DNA of 64,000 nucleotides from Bugula neritina (lineage: Eukaryota > Animalia > Bryozoa), in the NCBI GenBank assembly GCA_964035545.1, contig OZ037766.1, positions 10,592,722 through 10,656,721 on the forward strand. The letters run 5' to 3'. Below are positions 14,501 through 25,449 of this stretch, one piece after another. Within the stretch, counting starts at the first letter, position 1. Every line of letters starts with the position of its first letter. The notes below the pieces were generated by a model. That model saw nothing but the letters and a program-made list of their open reading frames with translations. It made no database searches and was not told where the DNA came from. The position numbers were made by a program, and so were the translations under genes.

Positions 14501-17500
14501 CAGCTCAACGTTGTAAAGTAAATTTGTTTTTAAATTACTGAATTCAGTTGTAGTGCTTTACCTACACTTATTCACCTACAGTTATAGCATAAAATTATGC
14601 TATAAATTTATAGTGTTTGGGAGATTACTCAAATTTCACTACAAATTGATTATATAAACAAGTCAGTTTAAGTCCAGACTATTGTAAAATTTACCTTTGG
14701 GTGCTACATTGAAGTGAGTCTCCATCAATACATCACATTACTTGAACACATCCATGGCTGCGTTTATCTAACAGTAATAGTTTGCATAACTTTTGAACTG
14801 AACATAAACATATTGTCTATAGAGCTATTAAAGAGCCTTCTTTATTTCATGCCATGTAGCTTGTTTTGTACATTAAAATATTACATATAAATATATACAT
14901 TTGTCCTGTTTTAGATCAGCAGCTGCACGAGGAGGCTTCAATGTTTTGCGGTTTATTTACGAGCCGACTGCTACGTTATTGGCGTATGACGTCGGACTCA
15001 AACACCATCATGAATATTTGTATGTATAAGTTGTATGCCTGCCATCTTTCTTATATCTGCTGTAATTCTTGTTAGCTCTGTTTAATCTAACTCACTGAAA
15101 AATTTTCATCATATCATTTGTTTTCTTTGAGTTACTCTTTATGTTGTTTATCATCACTCTATTCATATCATAATGCTTCAACTTATTAGTGCTTGCCTTT
15201 AATAAGCAGTTTCATGTTGCACCATTCCACTCTCTTCCATCATTACGGTATTTATAATAGTTAGATTAATGTTAGAGATGCTGTATTATGATGATGCATT
15301 TTATTTTTACTGTTGTGACAAAAAACATAAATGGGCAACCATAGCCAGACTTTTTGGTTAGTTGTGCCTTCATGCTCTAAGCTTTTGCTTCAATTTTATA
15401 GAGTTAATTCAATGATATTTGCTAAATTGTAAAAAAATACTCCCCATTCTAGGAGTTATTCGCTGAAACCATTTATGTCAGTGTACTTGATAACGATGTT
15501 GAAAGTAACAGCCGGTTGTACCATACTGTAGCAAAGTAGACTTAGACAAGATACTGCCCAGTAACTTTCAATGTCTTGTAGCGCTACTTAGCAATAACAT
15601 GGTGGATAGGTTTTGAGCTATGTATATATATTACAGCTACTGCATGGTGGTGAGACTGGGGGGTAGCAGCTGTACAGTCACCTGCTATTCAGTGATTGGT
15701 GGCATGTATAAGATTCTCTCAAATATACACAGTGATGAGGTGGGGGGAGATCTCTTCACACAGCTCATAGCTCTTCACTTCTCTAAAGATTTTCTAAGGT
15801 ACATTCTCTTTCTGTGTATACAGATAGGTTGTAGCTTAAATTCCATAAACGTTTGCATAAACAAGATAACTTTAATGATTTTACAATTGTTAGGATTTTA
15901 CTTTGGTCAATTTTAGTTGTTTCTTATATTATTTTTGGCCATGAGTTTCTTGCTTGATATAATTGACATTAAAATTTTAAAAAGTAGACGAGAAAGTTAG
16001 ATGCAACACTCGTGGGCGTTGTTTTCTATCAAATTTTCGGCTTTCTTATATGTTTTTTTAGTCAGTCATGTAAGCATGGTTTTGCTTTAAACATCGTAGG
16101 CATCCAGGTTATTTTGATAAAATCAATTACTGTTAATTAAAAGATCATACTTTTTTAGTTGCATTCACAAAATATATACAAAAAATCTCAACTCAATATA
16201 CCAGAAAAAATGAATTAAAATATATGTGTTAATAGCACTGAGATTGACGTGACCGTGGCGCATGAAAAATCTGAAAGAAGAGTTGTCTTCTATTTTTCTA
16301 TATTAATATATAGAGCTTGTCGTGAAAATGAAGATTTTTTAAAAAAAATATTGTGATCCTCTGGTAACTTCCTGAATTTAGAAAATTAACTCATATATTT
16401 CTTTTCATGTGGACAACAGCTCACTTTTTTTTAAATTTATTTTGAAGCTCTTTTCGTAAAAAATAATCAAAAGTAAAAAATCCAAAATTTTTACAAATTG
16501 GTTCGGGGCTTGACGTGAAAGGCATTTGGACGAAGATGTCAAGGTCACCATTAATAAATTTATTTTATCACAATTCACAATACTGCACAGAAAGTTAATG
16601 AAGTGGGCTGAAAATTAGGTTGCTAGCATATTCATATTGATATGCATTATATTGATTGTTACAGTATTATTTTTTAAATGTGTTTTGTTATCAGTTATGT
16701 TTAACTTCTTTATAGAGCTGCTGTTAGACTAAGACTAAGAGTAAGACATAATATTAGCAACAATGAATGATTCAATGATAATATTAATAATTAATATCAC
16801 TTTAATATTAAATTAAAATTATTATTAAATTGAAATTCACGGTGACGTATCACTATCACTATGAGTATGAGTATCGTACAAATTAATTATGAGTATGAGT
16901 ATTACTATGACATTAACTCAATCAGTGATTGACTATTAGTATTACTATGAATATGACTGTGCATAACTCAATCACAATGAGAATATCAATATGAATATGG
17001 CTTCTAATTCTTGTAACTTTTGACTATCACTATGATGATGCTGATAGTGATAATCACTGCCAGCCCAAGTCTCATACTCATAGTGATACTATTACTATTG
17101 TCTATTAGTATTAATAACTAGTATTACTATTAGTACAACTACTAGTACTGTACTAGTATTACTCATAGTTCTGATAATGATGGAGATAATAGTTTTAAAA
17201 GTTCTACTTCTACTTTTATAGTAACTGTGAGCTAGATTGTATATGTTGAACTCTACTCATTTTTTACTACTAATGCTAATACTAATAGTAATAGTAATAC
17301 TAATAATAATTATAGTTGTTATAATGATAGTAATACTAATAGTAATAATAACTATTTCAATTTGATAATTTATGTTTTACAACAGCATTATCGCTTATCA
17401 ATTACATTGGTTCATAATATGATTATTTTAATTTTGCTTTGTGTGTTTTTTCATGTTGTAAATTTAAGTTCGTATGGTTATTTAATGAACTAGAGAACTA

Positions 17501-20500
17501 GCCAAATGTTATGTACCGATTGCAATAATTTACTATAAACTCAGTGAAATTTAAAACCTAATTGATATTACTATGACATTGATTGTACAGAGGTAGCTAA
17601 AATATACATTAAATTACCAATAATTTTAACTCGCCAATACACTATGAGTAGAACAGTCAAATGCAATGATAGAAAATTAATTAGTCATAGCAGCCCGTTG
17701 CTTGAGGAACATTGAGCTACAGGTCTAAAATGATTTAGTTTTGTGATCCCTTATATAACAAAATAATTTTTTTTAAACTGGTTTAATACTTTTATTATAA
17801 ACACGCTTATCAAAGTAACATGTTTTTGATGTATATTCTATTAAAAAAGCAATCACATCAGGTTTTCAATTTGTATGTTGTACAAAGTTTATTATGGTGA
17901 CAAGTTACTAAATTATATGGTTCAGCTTTGTAAAGTAAAGCTGATAAAATAAATACAATTATGTGATTGTTTTACTGCTATATATTAAATTTAAATGAGT
18001 TGAATAATATCCTAGTGCATTGAATTAGATATTTTTTTTAGCTTTGGTACACCTGTTTGTTATAGGCTAACATTCCACCAATAGAAGAATGGTGCAAGTA
18101 GAAGAAATTTCAGGTGCAGAAAGCTAAGGAGCAGTCAGAATGCTGCCAGAGTTGTGAAGAGGCACTTGAAAAAGCTGAATTTCAATAATGACATGAAATT
18201 CGTAACAGATCACCCTGGTGTAATTGAACTGACATGGCCAGCAGAGTTCTCGAAGTCACATACAACAGCTATTTACATCATCATGGTTAGCTTAAATGTA
18301 ATTCCTATATCAGTCTCTAATATATAGTTTGATATCTGCTGTAAATTCGCTTAAGGAGCATACACATAACCAAAACTGAGTTACACTATAGTATTTGTTC
18401 TTGAATATATTTACCAAGATAAGTAGATTTGCTAATTCATTAACAGTAAAATTATAATGATACAACAATTTTTCTTTTAGATGATTCAATCAATAACACA
18501 AGACACTACAACATGGTTTTGCAGTTATAGAGTATTAATTTTCTGGCTCTTTCCAAATCTTCATAGAAGGCAAAGAAAACCACCGTCAGCTTGCCTTTAT
18601 AACTGAGTGCACGCGTCTTCCACCTACAGATGATGGTTAACAATTTGCTGGTGTGGAACTTTCTAATTTTGTTTACAATGAAGATAGATTATAGGACATT
18701 ATTCTTTATGTAAAGATTGTCAAGTTTTGTTATAATTAAGAACAGTTTTAGTTTCAATAAATCAGTTCAACATTATGGACATCATTGCACAAACATTTTA
18801 ATCTTTACTATCTACAAAGGTATCTGATGGACTACTTAAAAATACAAAACTATGCTCCAGATACACAATGCACTGACCAGCAAAGTTAAAATGAGTTGGA
18901 GATGTAAAACATAATATCTTGTTCAAGGCTTTTCCCTGCTGTTGGAACCTTCTACTTCAGAACACTGAATTGAACAAACATATGTAGATATATGAAACTT
19001 TGCAAAAAATAATAATGTGAAATTAGTTGCTAAGTATCACATTGCTAATAAATACAGCATTGTGTAATGTTTTATTTAATTTTTTTTTGAGCCATTGGAT
19101 CTATAGGCCCGCATAGTATTTACTATATTATAACTAATAAATTGCAGACACATTATGTCAGACCAGTTTCCATTTAAATAGAATAGTGTAGGCTATCAAA
19201 TTTGTAGAAGTAAAAAACCGCATTCATATTTAGTAAAATACTTGCCTTTTTTTTCATGATGCCTCTACTGCTAAAAAGAGAAGTTTTTATCAATACAGCT
19301 CCATCAATCTGTATCCTGATGAAGCTAGTAGTTTAGGAACATTTGTGGGGGGGGGGAGTGTAGGCTGAGCTGCAGTATAGGAAAAACCCCAACATATGTA
19401 ATCTATTCAGCACATTATATGTATATTTATTCAAAAAAGGATTTAGAAAATGCTTTATGAAGAGATGAACAAAGTAAAAATTAATGCTGGTGAAAGTAAT
19501 ATTATTACACCCATTAGAATTACTAGCAGCTATAGCATTAACATTATGTATTTTCATAAAAATGTGTCTAATTTATGCTACAAAGTTATTACTGCCAAAG
19601 GTTACAAAATTTACCAGTCACATTCATGCAGCTGGCGGAGAATAACTAACTTTCACTTGCAATAAATATTATATAATATATTGATAATTATTGGAATCAT
19701 AATTATATTTATTGTTATGATCATTATGATTATAATTATTTAATATTATCTTTATGTTTGTATTTAAAGTTGTTCCTTAAATTAAAAGTTGTTTAAGTTT
19801 TATAAATTTATTATAATTATATTTCTGTATAAGTATTAGTATAATTAAATTATTATAATTTATATTTTATTATTTATATTTATTTCACTTTTTATTTCAA
19901 GACCAGCAGTTCAAATTGAAATTAATACTTGTGTCGTTTGCTTTATATTATAACTTACAAGTATAACTATTAACATAATAATATTACATTTGCTATTAGT
20001 ATTACTATGAATATAAATATTTATATTAATATAGCTATCGGTATAACTTATAGTTATAGTTATACTTATAGTTATAACTAATATAACTATAAGTATAAGT
20101 ATTAGTTTCGAAACTGATCCTGCTCCGTAACATTAACATACTGATACTGTCATATGATTATCATTATGACTAATAATAGTATTAATAAATATAACCATTG
20201 AATATTATTAATAATAGTTCACCAATAGGCGATAGTCATAGACTTAGAGTGAGAGTCAATGTCATAGAAATAGAGTTAGACTAGTGACACTCATACTGAT
20301 ACTGATACTCATACTGTGATTCACTTTCAGTTACAAATTTCAAAACTTGGTTTTACGTAGACAACTACTAACCTATAATTCATCACAAAACGGTTGAAAA
20401 TCATCATTTACTGCATATTTAAGAGTAATTTTCTGGTAGTGTGGTCGACATGATAATTGAAATTAAAATAGGGAAAATAATTATTTTGTGATTTACAGCA

Positions 20501-23500
20501 AGTTACAAACTAGCGAAATGAAATAGTCCATTTGAAAACAGTTAAATTAGTTACCTTTCTTGATGTTGCGTAGCTAACGTTAGTTATTAGTAGCCGCCCG
20601 AAGAGTAACATTCATGTGATTTGAGCTACGAATAACGAGAATCTGCGACAAACCCGCTTCTTAATAACTTTACGCGATATAAACTCACGCTACAATTGGG
20701 CTATTTTGCCATCCCCACGTCACGGAGGGCACGCTCGCGGGCAAGTCTGGGCAAGTCTAAGACACCTAATATGACCACTTTTACTTACATTTTTGTAGTG
20801 TTTTCGTATAAGAAATTGGGTAAAATGCTGATAAAACAGTTGAAAAGCATGCAAACTTTTGCTCAAATGTAATAAATAACCTGGAAGCTTACCGCCTTTA
20901 AGCAGGCGTATATGTACCTCAAGTGCAACAGTATGAAAGTATTTCCAGTCTATTTAATGTGTAAACGTGTCTTTAGCTACACAGTGGAATTGGTCTTAGC
21001 AGCCTATGCAACTTTTCTCTGGCAGAGGAGGTATAAAGCTGCTTTACAAGCAAGTTTTTGTAAAAAAGTTTGTCCCTACAAGGAATCAAACTGCAGAGCT
21101 AACCATTACATTATAGGGACTATAGAGTAATCTCTAGTTTTGTGTTTCTAGACAATACAAGGAAGACCCGCAGTCAAATCAGCGTTCCTGGAGCAAGCTA
21201 ATGAGTGCCGCAGAGACTTGCAAACACACTCTGACTAACCTTCCCAATGCACACTGCTCTGTTGATTCTTTACATGACGGTATAGACTTCTCTAGCAACA
21301 TTGCAAGGTAAACTCATCGCTTTAACATTCCGCTCAACGTCCAAGTTTTTCTTTACTTGAAAAATTGATATCAATAGACTAGTTTTCTCAGCCATATCCT
21401 TTTAAATATTTCATTTTTAGAAAATGTTTTGAATATTTTTTTAATTTGTTCATGTTTATTTTTAAGTTATATTTTAAATATTGTAAATGCACAATGCATA
21501 GCTGTTTATAGCACTACGCATGTCCTCTACTATGTCAATGGAAGTATTTTCATTTTTGTATACTATGTTGTAATGGTTTAATACTGGTTACTGTCTTACA
21601 GTGATTGTATATATTGTTATATTTGTGTGTACATGTGTTAGCGTAGGGTATAGCATTGGCTGGAATATTAAGTAAGCTTCCAGCTTGTCCAAATAAAATT
21701 CCTTCCATTTTTTTTTGTTTTCTGTTTCACAGAGCTCGAGTAGATCTACTCAATCAGAGTTTACTCACACAACTAAAGAATCTACTAGATGAGGCGTTGA
21801 CTGCCAGTTCTCTCTCTAAAGACCAGATACAGAAGGTTACTTGTTACTCTATATCACTGCAAAGTAGTTCTCGTTGTACCTAGACATACTAGTGAGTCTA
21901 ATGTGTAGTCAGGCTACCAGTACTACTTCTGTATTACTCTAATGTGTTGTTAGGTTGTACTGTCTGGAGGAGGTAGTAAAATGCCGTGTGTGTCCAAGAA
22001 GGTGCAGGACTATTTGAGCAATGCCGAGGTGCATTTTACTCTCCCATCTGATGAAGTTATAGCAATTGGCTGTGCTAAACAGGTTTGGTCTATAATATAT
22101 GTACTTCTGGTGTATATAGTTACGTTATATTTACTGGGGTTTGCTTTTAGTTTGTTTTAGGTCAAGGTCAAATAATTAATATGCTGGAAATAAGACCAGT
22201 GAAACTGAGAAAGAGTTATTTACATAATTTTGTTTTCAGCTGTTTTTCCTAAACCGGTGCTCGAAATTAGTCTCTTTTTTGATTGAGTATCAAATGATTC
22301 TTCCATAAAGAAGTTTATTTAAGTTGGTTCACCGACTTTTCCATGTTATCTACAACAGATAATGTATCTAGTACAATAAAATAATATAAAGCAATGTTTT
22401 ATTAATTTGTACATAATAAGTATGTATTTGCTACAAATCTGGGTAACTGATCTAACCTGCACTTATCACCGAATTAGCAATTTGAATGCTACATTTTGTG
22501 TTAAACTATCGAGATTACAACGTGCATTGATTTGTTTCAGGCTAGCATAATCCTATCCAACTCTTGTAACAATGATGTCTCTGCAACAGCTAGCATTCCC
22601 TGTATACAGAAACCTATTAGTGCTATAGTGGAGGTAAATTACATATCTAGTATTTATGTTTAGCAATGCTAATAATATTTTATAATTTATGCTTACATAT
22701 GGGTTCTACTTGATAAAAAGTAAAGTAAAAAGTTGTCAGGGTACAAAAAACTAGATGACAAGGTTTCTGGGTCGTCGCAGGGCATGTGATTATTAATTCT
22801 TTACACTGAGCTTTAGAGCAATACTGTATTATGGTATAGAAAAGTAGGAGACTTCAATTGTGTGTCTACAGAATTGTGAGCCTGAAGTAATATTCGCTGC
22901 CAATTTGCCAATACCAACGAGAATAAAGAAGACGTTTTCCTCAAGTCAGTCAGTATTCAGAATGGTGGTGACTCAGGGAGAAGACCATAGTGAACTCTTA
23001 GCAAAGGTAACCACTCTACTCACTATTAGTTAAACCTCGCTCACATTCTGCTGTGGTTCAGCTTACTAGACAGTTCTTTTACTTCGTAAAGTCTTCTATC
23101 TAACTCCCTTAGCTAAGCCATACAAGGTAGCCAATCAGAACGCTTGTGAGGCTGCCCTTGTCTTTATCCAATCACATCATACTATATTATATACTGATAC
23201 TATAAACAACATTATATTACATTCCCTCTTCTCTCTATGAAAAAGAACCACGTTATGTTCCAACTATAGCAATAATTATGTCAGCTTCTTACTGGAGTTG
23301 TCTACTCTATTACAGTTGTCTACTAGCTGTTGTAGTTATCTACTCTCCACATTAGTTATGTGCACTGCTATTGTCGTACTGTGAAACTGTAATTTATGCA
23401 TTTGTAGGTTATACTTAAAGATATCAGTGAAGAGTCAGTAGTCAATGCCCAGTTTAATCTAAATAGGTAAGTTGTCTCCAAAATGTTACTGAATACATGT

Positions 23501-24218
23501 TCAAGGACCTTTCTTAGGCATCAGTTACTTTTAGTGCACAAACTGTGTTGTATGTGCTCAGCTAGGTAGTGGGACATTTATGTGAGATTGCGCAAGTTAA
23601 GTTCTCACTCATAGTAGGATGGGTGGTGCCTTTAATACAGAGAAAGGGTATCATTCTACCGGGATTATTATTTTATAATGCAAAAATCATATTTATATAA
23701 AGTAGCTATAACTTTTCTGTGTTGGAGTTGTACTCTCCTATGTGTGACCAATGGTTTACCTGTGACTAAACTAAAATGCTTTACATTCTCTGCAATTGTG
23801 TATATGAAATAACATGTGTGTATCTGTAAGTGTGTGTGAATATGCAAAAGTATGTTTATGTATATGTAAATACATAATGAATGTGCAAATCACTTACTCT
23901 GCAAAGCTGCTTGTAGGTATTTTTTTTCTAAATTTTCATTTGGACGGAGCTTGTAACTTGGCATTAATTCTCTTCCATTTAGCCTTTTGCAATATCAATT
24001 TATTTGTTAGCACTATCTTAAAATAATGGTGTAAAATTGCCACCAAATTAAAAATATGTGTATAGTGAATCTAATTACCAACTTAAGATTCACCTTTAAG
24101 GTGTATATTTTGTTTTAGCGATGGCTCTCTACATATCAATTGTATGGATGAAATTAGCAAATCAACATCAGAGTTGTCTGTCCCAGTTAGTAGCACCTGT
24201 TCTGCCAGGTCATGCTAG
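11562..24218 (+). CDS. HSPA14: Heat shock 70 kDa protein 14 (ribosome-associated complex Hsp70); exons 11562-11618, 13314-13394, 13605-13736, 13949-14054, 14427-14517, 14915-15019, 15637-15798, 21152-21307, 21733-21835, 21954-22082, 22541-22633, 22872-23006, 23408-23466, 24119-24218
   Basis: MAAFGIHIGTTNSCLSVYK/DGNTEVVANAAGDRTTP, VGLPAKQGLIRNAKNTV, AAARGGFNVLRFIYEP, AAETCKHTLT...CSVDSLHDGIDF, VVLSGGGSKMP, PSDEVIAIGCAKQA; short C-terminus without lid/EEVD as in HSPA14/Ssz1. All exons join in frame. Confidence 0.93.
12030..12850. repeat. Degenerate hexamer-periodic tract (HSPA14 intron 1)
   Basis: ACTAAT AGTAAT ACTAAT ATTGAT..., AGTTAT ACTTAT..., ATTATC ATGATG ATAATG patches. Confidence 0.7.
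16730..17360. repeat. Degenerate hexamer-periodic tract (left arm of Kolobok)
   Basis: ACTATC ACTATG AGTATG AGTATC...ATTATG AGTATG AGTATT ACTATG...; ACTAAT AGTAAT AGTAAT ACTAAT. Confidence 0.8.
18066..18670 (+). pseudogene. KolX-like (P2X7 C-terminal-domain-like) accessory gene remnant; exons ~18066-18285 and 18481-~18670
   Basis: Translates across stops and frameshifts as EEWCK*KKFQVQKAKEQSECCQS...VTDHPG...RVLEVTYNSY / N.RHY...SYRVLIFWLFPNLHRRQRKPPSACLYN*V...FPP...FAG, matching the recalled KolX pattern WCxCxxC..ExxCC...T.HPG...YR....W....L....R...P.C.....FP....GF. Flanked by AG/GT splice sites. Confidence 0.78.
18925..19660 (-). pseudogene. Possible highly degraded Kolobok DDE transposase remnant
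   Basis: Minus-strand IQCSEVEGSNSREK (~18970-18929) resembles the Q.SEV..S..MEK segment of Kolobok transposases. Weaker fragments lie upstream (FGSNNF; GF..YCS.AYT). Orientation is convergent to KolX, as expected. Confidence 0.4.
19680..20340. repeat. Degenerate hexamer-periodic tract (right arm of Kolobok)
   Basis: ACTTAT AGTTAT AGTTAT ACTTAT AGTTAT...ACTATA AGTATA AGTATT; ACTCAT ACTGAT ACTGAT ACTCAT. Confidence 0.8.
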
Positions 24219-25449
24219 TAGACTGTGCTAGCTGTTCACACTAACTACCTTCATATTAGACTGCTTCAGACAAGTTTATGTCTTTCAATACTGGTTTTTA
24301 CAGACTCCTTTTTTATATGTGCTTGGTTTATATCTTATGCATATCATAGGAGAAAAAGTACTCAAGTTACAAAGTGTATATTTTATCTTAATGCAGTTTT
24401 GCTTTTGTTTCTGAATGTAGCCATTATTTAACCATTTATTTGATTTGAAATTTTTTCAAACTGATTTCAATAAAATTGCTGCACCTAGAGATATACTTTT
24501 GTTTTCAAAATTTGCTTAAAATTTATTAGTTTGTACATGGCATCATATGTATAGAACGTAAAATGCTTGAATCTTTACAATATTTCTCCAATATCAAATA
24601 AGAAAATACTTTTTTCAAAACTTGAGGCTAATAAAATGTACTTATTTCAACATTCAGTCCATCATAATGGAGATATTGAATGTTTTATTTCCTTGAAAAT
24701 GTTAAGTTGTGTTGAATAACTTGGCTTGTAAAAATATGCATTAAAAACCTGCATTCGGTGAATGTTGACTCTTTTCAAGGATTGACTCAACCTTTGACTT
24801 TGAGGGCAACTATGTGTAAAAACCTGATACAATACAGTGCGAAAATAGCAGTAGTTTGTGTTAGAACGTAGGTATGTTCGACCTCATTCAGTGATTATGT
24901 AATTTTGGAGTTACCTCATCAATGTAGCTTCAAGTGGTTGTAAGCTTACCTTCTAATAACCAACTGCCACTAGAAAGTATTGATTCCTCTATCTTAATAT
25001 CAAAGGCTTATGTTTTCCTTGCCCAATAAGACTATTCACCCTTAGTTGAAATTTGTTAACTATTGATTTCTGATTCTTGTTGTCTCAACATTGCACAGAC
25101 TAGGAACAAGTTGATGAAGAGCCACTAAGTAGCACACTATAGTTGCAGGGGTGAGTAGTTTGTGTTAAGTATTTCATACTACAAGGTTTGGCTAATAGCG
25201 CTATATTTCTAAAATTGGAAAGAAAATAGATTTTTAATCCCACAGAGCGCGCATTTTACCAGCTGACACAAGTTTGCTTGGAGTAATTTGAAGAATTGTT
25301 TATCATTTTACTATTTTACACACATGTACTAATTCATGAGCATATTCTTAGATTAGAAAGAATTTAAAAGTTGATGAAAATAATTCAATTGAGCAACTTT
25401 TCATATCTGTCAAATTTTCCTTCCTATTTTCAGGTTCAAAGTAGCAGCA

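Larger units (their letters stand above)
16091..20897. mobile_element. Decayed Kolobok-superfamily DNA transposon inserted in HSPA14 intron 7
   Basis: TTAA at 16087-16090 and 20898-20901 (TSD). Imperfect 24-bp TIR: left ACATCGTAGGCATCCAGGTTATTT vs reverse complement of right end AGGCGGTAAGCTTCCAGGTTATTT (18/24 identical). Internal KolX-like pseudogene (+) and a convergent transposase-like remnant (-). Confidence 0.8.

Noticed and set aside
21393-21403. ATATCCTTT as a U12-type donor (also at ~62284)
   Set aside because: Not at an exon boundary; the flanking exons already join through GT-AG sites.
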